Notes under the pieces: model-generated
What the model was told of the DNA's origin: nothing
What the model saw: the letters and a program-made list of their open reading frames with translations, nothing else
Databases searched by the model: none
Shown: positions 24,148-38,700 of the stretch, in pieces
Numbering within the stretch: the stretch's first letter is position 1
Layout: every line of letters starts with the position of its first letter
Source: Phoronis australis
Taxonomy: Eukaryota; Animalia; Phoronida
Assembly (NCBI GenBank): GCA_002633005.1
Contig: NMRA01000291.1
Location: forward strand, 199,109 to 263,108
Reading direction: 5' to 3'
Length of the DNA: 64,000 nucleotides
Made by a program: the position numbers and the translations under genes

Positions 24148-27100
24148 CTGTAAATATCAGTTTTTCCAGTTAGTTTCAATTTCATACAATTTCGTATTAA
24201 AACAGCACCAATCACCCCCTACAAAGGAAATTTCTGATAAAGGGAGTAGGCCTATCTACCAAAAGCTTCTATCGTGACAAGCTACCAGTCATGCGGGTCG
24301 CCTCAACAGTGCGCGACTTGCTTATTACTAAATCTTGTTTTGGCGATTTCGCTCAAAGCTGGTTATTCTTCCCCCTGTTGATGCGTTATTGGTTCCTGTT
24401 AATGCATTATTGTTACCTCCTCTGAGTGATGAAGGTATTATTCAGCTAAGACAATTCCTTAATACGTCCTGACGTTCCCCCTGTGGTTTTAAATGAGTGC
24501 TGATTTCCCTCATTCGCCGTGTAACCTTCGTAAAGCGTTAGACACGCTTGATGATCGAAGGTGTTTTCAAACTTGCTCCAAGATTGTGAGCGTTGACGAG
24601 CATCAGGGCACTATTGTGTTTCAAAGTTGACAGGTCGTAATATCTATGAATAGGCTAAAAATATTTTTAGTGTCATTTTAAGATAAAGCTAAACCATCTG
24701 CACTAACTTTCAATAAAGGCCATGTATTCTCATAAGACGGTCTCATCTTGTTCCTTACTCAGACCAGAACGATTTTTAGGCTTGATAAGAAGTGATGGGT
24801 TACAAACCAATCAGATGTTTTAGCTTTTGACCCAGGTGAACCGTCGAAGTGAATCAATTGCCTTCAATGTGAAATGCATGTTCTTACATTTTAGGGAAAA
24901 TGGCGTATTCAAGATGTCGGTTGGTCAATTAGCAGAGGTAATTTGTAATTATACTCTGAGAACAGAAGAATACATTGTTGCTGGACCCTATACTTATACT
25001 TACCTCATTCGTTCTTTAGCTTCCTCAAAGCTCTCTGTGTAGTAGTACGAATCTTGGTAGGAAGTGATTATGCACGTTTGTTGACAAACGGTAATTGGGT
25101 CAAACGGTCTGACGACGGCTTTCTCCGAAAGCACGTGCTACAAGAGAAGTTTCGCTTGATAGTAACCACTTTACTTGTGCCCTTGATTAGAAATGGTGTG
25201 CAAGAGTGCGTTTTAAGGTAAACAAGCACCCAAAGTGACTTAAGACTGAATTAGTCCGAAATTTTGTCTTGCGCCCCCATTTCGCTGATACTGAATTTTG
25301 TGTTTGTGATGTAATTGTCAGCGTGCCAATTTCAAGATGAAGATTACCCCATTGCATTTCACTAGATGCCGATGATATCATGTTGTTAGCATACTATCTA
25401 AGTGATCAACCAAGGCCCGGGGTTTATAATCTTTGTACGAAATTATTTTTGACATTTTCCGTTCTATTTTTGTGCGGACGCAAGATACGTGTCTATTATC
25501 ATATGCTATGGCATGTTATGTTCCAGGTGGACGACTGTCTATGAAGTTCCCGCTTGATTATCCTTAGGTTCAAGTTACAAAATCCAGTAAAAACACGAGA
25601 TTTCGAGTAAAAACTCAATATCTGGAATAAAAAATCGAAATTACGAGTTCAGACTCGACCCAGCGTTAAAGGTATAAGTTCATCAAGTACAACCTAAGGA
25701 CAGACAATCGAAAACACATATTCTACAACAATGGCGAATATTCTAATTTTAACAATAGATGGACTCCCGTGGATCTTTTACTGATTGATTAACGTTTAAC
25801 TCAGTAAGCCTTGGGAGGCCCCATGAAAAAGACGAATAGAGTGTCACCCACGTAAACCATAATGTACACTAGCACAGAATAGTGACACATGTCTCGAGTT
25901 CGCACAAAAGTAGAACGCAAATGCCAAAAATAACGTCCATTTCGAGTACAATGATTAGCTCCTGGTTTCAGGTATATCACTTGGACATAGCTGTGCATAA
26001 CTTACTAATAGGTAAAAGCAGTACTACCATTCACTATTATCGAGTATCTATGATAGATTACTACTCTTGCAACAGCTGATACTACTACTGCTACTGCTAC
26101 TGTTACTGCGACTGTTACTGTGACTGCGACTGCTATTGCAACTGCTACCACTAAACTCACAAATGGATACATTTGCAAAGAGACGTACTTTCAGTTCACT
26201 GATAGATGACAGCAGGCCAGCACCGTAGACTCTCAATTCCGAGTTCTCTTTACAAAGACCAAATTCCACCGTGAAGAAATAGCACTGATAGAAAGAAAGA
26301 CAAATACACCGTGAGAACTTTATGATTTGTCGTGTCCAGGGAAAAGTAGCTTACAGACATACTAAATAACATCCAAGAGGATGAATTACAGAACGATCAT
26401 TGGTGAAGACCAAAACGTGTATTTTCCTCAAAGGACCATGTTTTCCCATCGAAAGGAAACAATGACACATCATTTTTTTATCCCATACGCCTTGAATCTG
26501 TCGAGGGAAATACGACCATGTAATAATTTTTCCATATTCACCTCCCGCATTACTTCAACAGTGACCTCTGACATGGAAAGTTCAAAAGGTAGGGCAATGT
26601 CGACTCGACGTCGTTAGCCGGTTAGATCATCAAACTTTCGGAAATAGTTTAAGTAATACAATTTAACAGTGTAAATAACACTCAACAAGCAATCAGGTCT
26701 CAATGGTAACATCTGGAACAGGACTGTTGATTATATGACAGTTCTGTCTCAGTTTTCATTTGCTAAATATTGTATCGTCTGCAACTCAGGCCCCAATTCC
26801 ACGGTAACTACAATATCTAATATTGTTGTTATTTAATTATTTTCAGGAGATGTTACAAGTTCAGTGCAAAGTTACCGTTGTTTTCATCTCTTTTCAAGTA
26901 ATGAATCGTTACATTTAAAACTGTTTCTATTACTAGAGAAAACTTGCAACCTAACGCGCGAGTACATACATATAGGATGTGATCCGCCACGTGAACAGTC
27001 TGAGTGAAGTATTAAAAAAATCTGCGGAATTTTTTTTTTAAAACTCACAAATTCGAAGTGTATGGGATTTTTCGGTCGTGGTCTGTGCGCGGAATAATGT

Positions 27101-29701
27101 CGCGTGGAACATTATTTCGTGTACGCCAGTCGCGGTACGTTTTGTGTATATCTACCACTCATAGTGAAAAATCAAACATTTGAAAAGCGTAATTTTTACC
27201 ACACGTTTGTCAACGCAAGTAAAGTAACTTACTGTAGCTAGTTTTTGTATTTCGTCATCCGACGCTCCGAGTGAACAGAGTCCTATTTCTTGAGAGAACT
27301 GAGCGAAACTGTGATCGGCCAACAATGGAATGTGACCCAGAAGTTCGTGACACGTATCTCTAGAATTGTCCAATAGAAATACACTGACAACAGACAATAA
27401 TAAGCAGAAAATGCCTTATTTTCTTGGAAATAGAATTACGTTGAGTTTTTATGAAAAATACACAAAACACCTGTCCGAAAGTATGCATGTACAATAATTT
27501 AAAAGTGGACATATTTCGAAGTTTATTATCAGATGTCCTATTGTTACTCATACTGGTGACGTGAGGAAAATTGAAACGCGTCAAGTTTTTTAAGTGCCGT
27601 TGTTTTCACCAACATCATAAAACCTATGAAGGTTGTCCCGCGTTTAGATGTGCAACTTCTGAGAGAAGGCACAAACAGACATCTGATCATAAGGGAGATC
27701 AGAGCTAAAACGTTTACAAAGGTGTACTATCTGCATGTTCTCTTGCAAGTAATTCGCATAACATAATGAGCAGATAGGAATTAATCGTCTTAATAGCATT
27801 TAGCATAACAATTAAGTGCAAAAATACTGATATTCTGGCTAATCACGTGCGATCACCATGGACGACCAAACCACAAGTTACGTCACTGAGTCTGGGCTGA
27901 GTTCCGAAGACGTAAGAATGTCGCGAAGGAAACTAGTGTGATCGCGTGCTTCATTTGTATCCCGTGAAGTCTTGCGTGATCTTGTGTTCACGCGAGGCTC
28001 TCGCGTCCACTAACACACGCCTGGTCTCGCGGAACAAAGGCAGAGAATAGAAAATGAGTTCGATTTCGAGTGGAAAGATCTGACTCCGGGCCCAGACGTA
28101 TGACGAGCGTTTGCATGTGGAATTTGTTTTCAGCCGGCGAATCCGAAACGTCCGATTTACCTTCCGAATGCTGTATAACGTTGACCACAACAGTACACAT
28201 AACAGTAACCGTATCCGAATTTTCTATAGGCAGAACCGTCTTTAGATACGCCCAGAGGGCGTATTTAAGGACACTCAGTTTTTTTCACAAAAACCCACAA
28301 AGGCACCGGCGGGGAGTATAATTGGGAAACAACGTATGGTTGAAAACTAAAGCTTTTCTCAGTTTCATAGGAAATACACACCAACAAAGTGTTCAACAAT
28401 GACCTCCTATCTGTGGCCATAATGTGACTTTATCATTGTACTCGCTATGCTTTGATTTCTTATATGAACGCAAAGCAGTCGTCTATTTTCTAGTCGATTG
28501 CCCAAGTTTTTATAGTACTACTGCACACAACACGATAAGATTACGACGGCATCTTTTCGAAGAAATGGCGATCGGTCTACCAATGTGTTCAGAGTACGGT
28601 AGAGCAGAACTAACAGAATTAAATTAAGAAAATATAAATCACGTTGACACTCACGGCTCAGGTGTGTAAAAGGGATCGGAACTGTGTCGTACATATTGCG
28701 TGCAGTGGAACACACGAAATGCCAAACCGGCCAGGAAATCACGTGCAGATAAATATCCAGCGACTGGCCGCAGTTGGAACCCTGTACGCGAGGACAGGAA
28801 TTTAGAGACGTCATCCAGTTGAGGGATATTGTCTTCCCTGGAAGAAAAAAAAATGAAAAATAACCTCCTGATTAGTGTGCACGCAGCTGCATCTGTTATC
28901 ATAACAAGGTTACTAAATTGTGGAATTGTGTTGACCAATGTAGCAACTTTCCTCATTGGTGAAGGATACACTACGTGGCATACACGTTGGAGGAGGGAGT
29001 CGGACATCAGTGCTACTCACGTGTGTTGGCTCATCTTGTTGTTTTTGCGAACGGCGGTTTTCAAAGAAATTTGGAATGTCCTACTTTACAGTTGTTTCAA
29101 AACATGCCTGGATTATAACATAATCATCCTCTGTTCTGTTCACGTTACCTTCACAAAAATTAAAGAAATTGGTCATTAAAAAGGCCAGTTACAAAACACG
29201 ACTCCTTGGTCTGTTTCTGCTTCCTACAGGAGAAAGCCTCGAAGACAACTCTTGTTTCCAAATGGCATACAAGTAAAAACTAAGCCAATGGGTTGACTTT
29301 TGACGTCTTTTCTAAAATCACGACATCAACTTCACTGTACTGGTACTGTTGATGAAATGGCGTAGGGAATAAGACATTTGTTTGGAAAATGCTGACATTT
29401 CCGCATATGCTACCGACTTCTTTCAACAAGTGACTTTTTCTGTGTTTGTTAGCACCTGGTACTGTATTTTGGTTAATTTAAGCCTCGCAACTACAACAAG
29501 GAACGTCGTTTTAATTTGCAATATCTAGACAAATATGTGTTCCAAGGGCAAACCACCTTGTGGAGCGTGTCTTTAAATACTTATTTACAGACGGGTTACG
29601 TGTCTAGGGGACCTCCTTCGACATGTAAGTTTACGACGGTTTCAAATTACCTCTCCAGTGTGTTGATTGCAAGAGCAGATGTACCTAATTAACTATCATT
29701 G

Positions 29702-29771
<70 letters not shown>

Positions 29772-32700
29772 CATTTTCATTATCGTGATCATTATCATTA
29801 TCATTATCATTGTTGATACTAGTATCACCATGGTATCACTGATGTTATCGTTATCAATTTTATGAGAAGTTTTCAAATGGGGAACTCACGGCGCTTCGCA
29901 ATATATGTCAAAAATGAGAGAATTAAATTGGCCAGAATGTTGAAAATACAAGAAATAAAATAAGTGACAGTACAATAAAGCGCGTGAAAGAGAAAGTGAG
30001 ACAGATAACTAGGAGGGTCTGGAAAATTGTGGTCTTAGAGGTACAAAAAGATATTATAATAATGGAGAAAACCGCTGCCCCAATCAAAAGACATTGGTAT
30101 AAACACGGTTATTAAGTATTTCTTTTGAGTGACTCATTACATCGCATTGATTTTATGACAATAAAACACTGTGTGTTAATAAAACCAAAAAAGGTTATAA
30201 GCATGTGAGGTGGTTTCAGGAATAAAACATGGCGCACGGCTAAAGTGAAAGTCACGGGATGCATTCAATATCTTGTAAGTTTAGCGAGATCACGCATGCC
30301 TTCTCGATATACAATCGAAGCACGTGATCTCACAAGATTTCGCGATCAGCATACGCCTACCCACCTGTAGCCGCAGTGTTCTGACAAAAGCGGAAGATTA
30401 ACAAGGTGCTCTCTGCACGAATGCGTAGGATACAGTTTCATCAGTTCTCGATAGACGGTGCCCCAAGTCTGAATTTCTTCATCAGTGTAGTCCGCTCTCG
30501 GAATGGGTTGACCACTGAATGCCAAATAAACATGTTAATGAAACGCAAAAGGGAATTTTGATCCAGATAAAAATTGAAAGAAAATTTACACGTTGATACA
30601 TGCAAACATTTAGCTTCAGTGTCATCTCTGCGTTCTTCGCTATAATTTGTGTCCCCAACATGCTCGCTTGATAGAAAATGTCAACAACCTTCGTAACTGA
30701 CCTTATTCTAAATAAAACTTTTAATAATCTTTTAAGTATCACAACCGATTCTGGGCGTTGCACTTTTCACGGCTTAGAAAAGTATTCGATTGTGAACTTT
30801 TTGTCTTTATATATAGTAAAATTGAAAAACACCAAAGCCATTTCGCACTCTATAAAAACACTTTTGCATGACAGGTATCAGAAAATATAGAGTTTACTCA
30901 CTGCTTATAATTCATGGCTAAACCACAGAAATATTTCCTTCGTTCGCGGTATACTTTATCTTTAAATCCAGGATGGTCCGCGTCGAGTTCAGCGCCATAC
31001 ATTAGCACGTGGTTAGCGGTTTTGTCCAAATCGCTGATCTTGCGCGGGAACCAAGGAATTTCCTTCTCTTCAAATGCTGAAAAAAGGGTTCCATATTTTC
31101 TACAGTTATAAATACACGTATCCATACTTCTCATTAAAAATCATTGCCAGAACTAATTCTTCACTTTTCAAAAAGCTCACTGCATTGATAATAATGTTCA
31201 CAACTTTACAATGTGTTTGTTGTTGTTTAGTCAGGGATTGTTCTAAACTGTAGAAACTTAACCTTAACTTAATAGCGTTTGTTATAAGTCAGCGTGTGGA
31301 TATGGTATAAGTAAAAATTATATAAGCCTTCTTAAACGACATTCTACCGCAAGTGTTGCTTAAAAGTTGTTTAACAAAATAAGCGCATGCACATTAGAAG
31401 GTTAGCTCATGAACTTATCTAATCCCTGTGTGCTTATGTCCCAAAAACGTCTGCTCAAGTGCATCGCAATTAATAGCTGCAAGCGTCTAGGCAAAAGCGG
31501 TTTTCCGTCATTAAAAACCACACTCTTCCTTGAGTAAACTAAATTATTTACCAGTGTTGTTAAAACGGGGTTCTATAGTTATTCTGCTGCTAAAATTGTG
31601 GCGCGATCTTTTGCGTCTGCTTTCGGCGTCATGACATAAATTTTTGCGTCACCTATTGACCAGTTTCTTTTTTCGCCGATTCTTCAATCATCTGTTGTTA
31701 TTTCACGAGGTTGCGTACACGTCACAACAAATTACCGGAAGTGGTTTCACCTCATTATAAGTTTTTAGAATTTTGGTGCCAGCAAACCGAATTTCAGGAC
31801 AAAATTTTTTGCTGCTAAGCTGTCATCATCTCCCACAAATTTTAGGAAACGGCGCAAGCTCGTGTCACGAGCGTAATGTTCCAAAACGACGACATATTTT
31901 TCTTTGTTACAAAAGGGGAGAATTAAGCAGAAGGATACGTTTATTGGATTGTAATTCACTTAAACGGCTGTAACGGGCAAGGTGACTGTCAATTGACTCC
32001 CAGGTTTACATGCATCCTCGCACTGCATGTTGATACAAGTTTCACGGCGAGGTGACGAGCAGAATTATCTAGGCTGTGTTAAATTTTGAGATTTGTCGGA
32101 GCTCAATACAAAGTGGTACCTGGCTTTATTTTGACGATAGCTGGCTGGCTTCAGTTCACCCTGGTTAGCTGGCCAAAAATCAAAAAATCGGTTTCGGACT
32201 CATAATATTCTTTACCATGAGAGGATTCTGTTTCCGTAATCAACAAGGACATTGACACCATCAGCGACTCAAGAAAACGCTTCAGAGTTTATTTGGATTG
32301 GTCAATCTCAAAATTGTAAGTCGAAAATGGCACTAGTAGGTATTGCCTGTGACTTGGTAACAGAAATGTAATCCTATCACGATAAGGTCTGGAATATCAT
32401 GAGACCTACTTTGTAAGACTAAAATGTTCAATTCAGTTTTCGTTTTTTATCCATATCAACATGTAGAAATGCAGCTTCAAAAACTGGCTGAATTGTTTCG
32501 CATGTATACCGATGTGCTAGTGATCTTTTTACGGATAGCGAAAATCGTGCACATACTAGAGTGCAGGTTTGTGGGATACAAGGCCTCCTAATCCAGAATC
32601 TAAAAATTTCTAGGAAGGCGATCGTCTGCTCGATAAGCGGGCAGTTCACTCTTGATTTCTACAAGTTGTTTTCTTCTACTAGCGGTGCTGTTTTGGATGA

Positions 32701-35700
32701 CCCCTTTTGCACAAACCTTTTGAATATGACGTCTCACGCTAAAAATGACGTTAGTAACAATCTTAATGCAATATCAGTTGTACACGTGAACATTAATTGC
32801 TTGATTTTTTAACACATTAGATACCGGTATATTCCATTACCAGATTCATCCGACTGTTCCTGACAATCGACGTCCTCCAACACAATGTTAGCCACCTGAT
32901 TCTTCAAGAGGGTAACTAGTTCGTCCAGTCTCGTCGTGTTGCCAGGTTCAATGTCCACGTGAATCTCTACAGCCGAGTCAGTTCGACGAGATTGTCGAGA
33001 CTCAATGTGGACAACATTCATCTTCTTTTCCTGCAGGCGGCCAATATAAAGACTTAGAAACGAGTTTGACGGGAGAGTAGAGTAGGGCTTAACGCACCAC
33101 TAAGAACAAGTCCAAACGCAATTGCGGGGCCTAGAGTGATGGGTGATCGTCTGCTGCCTTCATTTAAATTTTAACCATTTTTATTACAAATAGTGGTAGC
33201 AACAGTCAGTGGAGGGTTATTGATGAATGTAACTAAGTTGTAGCTTAAAAGGATGCCACACCCGGTTTTGACCTATCAAAACAGATACTATTAAAAACGA
33301 CTATCCTATCCAGTTCTCTGAAACAAAATAATGCTCTGAAACTCTCGACAACCTTCAAAAGTTTGGAGCAAAATTAAGTCTGCTAAACGGGCAAGCGCGA
33401 CCCAGGCTTTTCATTAGCGAATTACACGGCAACTGCTTTGTATGACACGTGACGCCACCCTAGCATTGCTATCCGCAATAAGTTGCATGGCCCAGTACTT
33501 CCTCCGGCGACAGGGGTAGGGATTGCGCTGATTCATTTGAGGCAGTATTTTCAATCAATTAAGGTGACTAATTGTAGAAGAGTAGACAAGTCACTTCTTT
33601 TAAAAGCCGGCTTGGGAGGCGCAGGCTTCAAGATAAGTCGGGACTCAGACCAGAATCAAACATGCTTCCGATACTCCCATATAATCTCGTATTTGAGCGG
33701 ATATTGCAGTATAGCTGTATCACCTGTGCCCAGTATTCGATATCAAAAATCGAACTTCAGTTTGTTTATTGTATTGTCCGCTCTATTTCTTGAACTCAAG
33801 ATAAGCTTGTGATTTCAAAATAAACTTTAGTTCATTAAATGCAAACTTGGACTATGTACTTGATCTGTGTACACCAAGATTTTCAGACGGTTAACTAGAA
33901 TTTAAACCTGAAGAGGCACTAAATCCAGTTTTATCCAAGAGACCGGACCATTAGTTAATTTCATTCAACCCTATCAGAAATGCTCTGATGATATTTATGT
34001 CACGCGTTGCTCCCATTCAAGTTAATGATCTAGTCTGTCAACTATTTTTTCTTGATATTTAGTCCAAGAGCAGAATATCCAAAATCAGACTCAGACTCGA
34101 ATCTCAAATTTGTAAGTTTACTCGAACCTTACTAAGCATTAATCAATCTTCGAATCGCATGCTGAGATTAGACTCCGGGTTCTAATGTCGCGTATTACGC
34201 GATACCCGAAACTCCATCGCGACAAATACACAAAAACGTGTAGTATACGGATGAAAATTTTAAGAAATAGAACTTTATTATTAGTAACCCTTTTTACACG
34301 AAGTGTCAACTTCATCTATTGGCTATACAGGTCATTTATTGACTACATGGGTCATTTATTGGCTGTATAGGTCATTTATCATCTCATTCGTATTTAGAAA
34401 AGCATATTGAACGTACCTGGAAAATTTGCAACGCTCTTGCCAACCCTCCTATCTGATTCCTTAAGGAGAAAACGACAGATGTTGTTTTGTTGAAATTACT
34501 ATCCGTACTGCACGTTGACAGGCTTCTGAGTTTGTGCTGAAATAAAATTAAACGGTTAATACATCAAACAACAATAAGTAATTAGAAATAAATTTCTGAA
34601 CGTCTAAGAACATTAAAAATAAATGCAATGAAAGGGGTTACAGAAGTCGGGCAATCCTATACAATTCAGCATGAATATGTTTTATCCCATACGCTTTGAA
34701 TCAGTCAAGTGCAATACGACCATGTAATAATGTTTTCCGTATTCACCTCCCGCACTACTTAAGCAGTGACCTCTGCCATCAAAAGTTCAAAAGGTAGGTC
34801 AAAGTCAACTCGACTTCGTTCGCCGGTTCGATCATCGAACTTTCCGAAAATAGTATAAAGTAATACAATTGCAGGAGTGTAAATAACTCTCAACATGCAA
34901 TCAGGACCGTAACATCTGGAATAGGACGGTTACTTATATGACAGTTCTGTCTCAGTTTTCAATGTCTAAACATTATTATATAACTCAGGCGCCGATTCCT
35001 CGGTAACTGTTGTTATTTAACTATTTTCAGGAGATGTTACAATTTCAATGCACAGTTACCGTTGTTTTCATCTTTGTTATCTCTTTTCAAGTAATAAATC
35101 GTTACATTTAAAACTGCTTCTTTTTCTAGAGAAAATTTGCAACCTAACGCGTAAGAACATACATATAGGATGTGATCCACCACGATAACAGTCTGGGTGA
35201 AGTATTTAAAAAATCTACCGAAAAAATGAAAACTTAGAAATTCAAAGTGTAAGGGATAAATAGAAAACGTACCTCGATTGGCGTACATGAAATAATATCC
35301 TGCTCGCCATTATTCCGCGTGTCCACCTCAACCTTCAGTCTCGGCCAATACGCGGAATAATGTCTCGTGGGATATTACTTCATCTACGCCACCGATTCTC
35401 GGTACGTTTTGTGTGTCTATATTGTACTCGCGATAACTCAGATTAATTGCGTTTCATCTACGTATATCATTACGGAAATTTCAAATGAATTCATGAAATG
35501 TTCTATCAAATAGACCTTGTAGAATTTTACATAACTTAAAAGCATTTAGAATCTAATTACAGAATTCAAGACCCCGCAATAATATTTATCGAAAATTAAG
35601 TGTCGTGCATCAATTTGCTGAATCTGTTTCATTGGCTGCATTTTCTGGGTCATCCGGCCAAGACATTTGATTGGTTTGTGAGCAAAATGCCGTCATCAAG

Positions 35701-38700
35701 AAATTATCAGGCGTAAATCGGGAGAAACAACTGATAATTTCAGGACACATTGCAAAGTAACGACTTTCAGACTTTGGCATAATTGTATTGTCGTATTGAA
35801 CTGGCCGTTCATTACGGCGTTTACCCGTTGCTCCCAACTTGTTCGATTCTATAGCCCAACAACAAGTTGGGAAGTTAACCCCTGTAGCCAATATCTTACA
35901 CGACTGATTAACTCCATTCTGGCATTGATGGTTGGAGGGTCAGCTCTCTGTTGTTCGATAATTGCTCTAATATCCAATAAGATCGTATCTACCCTGGCTG
36001 GGCTAAGGTGTTAAAAATAAAAGTTAAGTTCTAACATATTTGAACATAAACCAATAGGATTTCTGAAATCTTCGTCCAATGGTGAACATGTTTAGTTTTT
36101 GAATCGCCAAAATCGCCCAACTGCAACCGAAGTTACAACAATCTATTCTTTCCGAATACACCAATTCACTTTGAGTTTGTGTTCACACTTGGTCTGTAAT
36201 AAGCCTGGTAGATAGGTGGCCTGCTTGTTATCATAGCAGACAAAAGAGTGTGCTTGGCAGCTAAGGACGAAGCTAGGTGTTATCACACGCTCAGAACCCC
36301 CTACGTCTGGTAAAGCCAATGAACGGGAAAACGCTGTCATGTCCAAAGACCAAACCTTCAAATAATGTTATCAAATCAAGTGTGGATTTTAGATAAACGT
36401 ACAATAGTGAAGACACATGAAACGAAAAGGGAGTTTAAGAAGGATGTGTTTTATAGATATATTCAAATATATAATAGTGCGTGTAAAACTCGTGACACAT
36501 AACAGAGAACAAACTTTAACCTACTTAGCCAATGATTGGAAAATATATCAGCTTCAAACTAGTAACAATTAGTTAGGTTTTACTCATCGTGGTTCAACTA
36601 AGACGCCACATTCGATATGGATAGACAACAGAAATCGATCGGAATATTTTATTTATTAATAAGTTTTTTACAGACAACTCTCTGTTGACGTTGCGGTCAA
36701 TAGAGAGCTCGGAGGTGTATTTTAACAAAAATATTTAGTTTTGTGGTTACGTCCTTTATGGGTGTCTTGAAAACAACTACATCATCACGTTCAATAGAAT
36801 GTGGTAGAACAATTCGTCTTTGGTCAGCGTTTCAAACAAATATCCGCTGCTGGAGTTTATAAATATCGCACCGTAGATTCCACACGTGTTGATTGTAGCT
36901 TGGCGGACTTACCTAACCGATGTTTTCAGATGGCCTTTTGCCCATACGCTACTAGCGAAACGCCAAGTTTAAGTTGAGCGTTCGCTTTAGCTTCGGTAGT
37001 AAACGAACATCACAGTCACCACTAGGTGACGCTATCGTCATCGAAAGTTATAGTGGTCATTGTACAATTAGACTATAGCCACGGCCGATCATCTTTGCCT
37101 AAAAACTATTTGGGATAGACTAGGTTTGGGGGCAGTTTTGATATAGGCATCACTATTAGGTTCAGTTAATCTGGTTTACTTGTATTTGTAATTATGTTTG
37201 GAAAGAAAAAAGCCTACAAATTCGACTACAGATAGGCATTTCTTCAAAATCCGGAATATGCACGAAATTTGCTGTCAGAATTTAGTTTTTTTTTTCGGTT
37301 ATGTTCACGCTGCATTGCCGGGCACGGAAGTACTGGTTGGAGGCTGAAAACTGTCAATTCTACTTTTTTGCAATTCTTCCTGCTCTTTTGCCGGGTGGAA
37401 ATAAAATCGACGAGGCAGATAAAAATTTCTGTTTTCATGCGTAGCAATAGCATGGTTTGATGAAAGGACTGCACTGTCAGGTAAAACCCAGTGAGAACTG
37501 TACAGTGCCTCCTATAGCAAGGTGCAAGGCATAATATGATCTACACAAGTGCCACAAAAGTGACCCCTGTCGATAGCTTTGAGGAACTGTGTGTTCCCAC
37601 AATAGCGACGCGTATGCGCTTCGCTGTTAAATCCGAATGTTTAATTCGAACCAACACCGAATTGAATCGTTCCTTCTGACCGACGCTCCCCTAAACTATG
37701 AAGAGTCGATGTTAGTGGGAAAAGCCTTTCAAAATTTGCAACGTTCTACCTTTAGTGTTGTTAAACATACCTGGGTTATAAAGTATTAGTCCTCCACGTG
37801 AACTCCACAAATATTCGCAATCCCGAACTATAGAAATCTGCCTTTCAATGACGCCATTTAAAAACAACAGACATTCTTCTTTTAGTAATTGACGTTTATG
37901 CGTGTCACTTGAACCCTATGCTAATTTGTTTCATTTAACTGTTCCAGTCAGTTACTGGCTAAAATTCACACTGGACTCACTAATTGAAAACGACAGAAAT
38001 TGATATGGAGTGATTGTGAAAATACAAAAGTGTACTCACTAGGTAAATATTGCATTGAATCGTCCATGATGAAAGATACACGCATTATCTTTTATTTCTT
38101 TGTGTATTGCAACCGTGGCATACCACAGGTAACAATTTGTTTTGCAAGATTCATGTCGAGTAACAAGTTGTGTTGCACGGGGTTGGTACCTGTAGCACCA
38201 CGTACCTATAAATATCATCTGAAGGCAACAACGCGGCTATTATCTTGTCATGACAAGCAATTAGCTGATATTGGCGGACTGTGCACGATGCGGAGTGGGT
38301 TCTTCTAAGAATTGGAAATTACGGAAATCTAATGACATTAATCAGAGCAAAGACGGCATTACTGATTTCCCTCATTGTGACTCAAATCGTCTACAAAATA
38401 AAACATATGCTACTGCTGACAGTAATGTAATGGTGATAATGCGAAACCCGTTGCATAAAAGCACCATGCACCAAGGAGCTTATACTTGCTTTGAAAACGA
38501 AAGAACCGTGCTTCTACTAACGCATGTAAACCATGGACGCCAGCTTCCGATGGTTTGAGGATATTTCCAACAAAAAGATCATCTTTGGTGAAAACCGGAG
38601 TGGGTTCTATAAAAATTTTAGCCCACGCACGCGAGTCGAACATTTGGCAGCAAAGTTTTGTTGAAACGTTTTCGACAAACATTTGCATGTTTGATAGTAT

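Noticed and set aside
29685-29876. Poly-Ile ORF
   Set aside because: Translation of an (ATT)n microsatellite
23970-34536. Calling the hydroxylase PAH or TH
   Set aside because: [27 protein letters not shown] and LLSSISEL are TPH-type; PAH/TH have GLLS and YWFT
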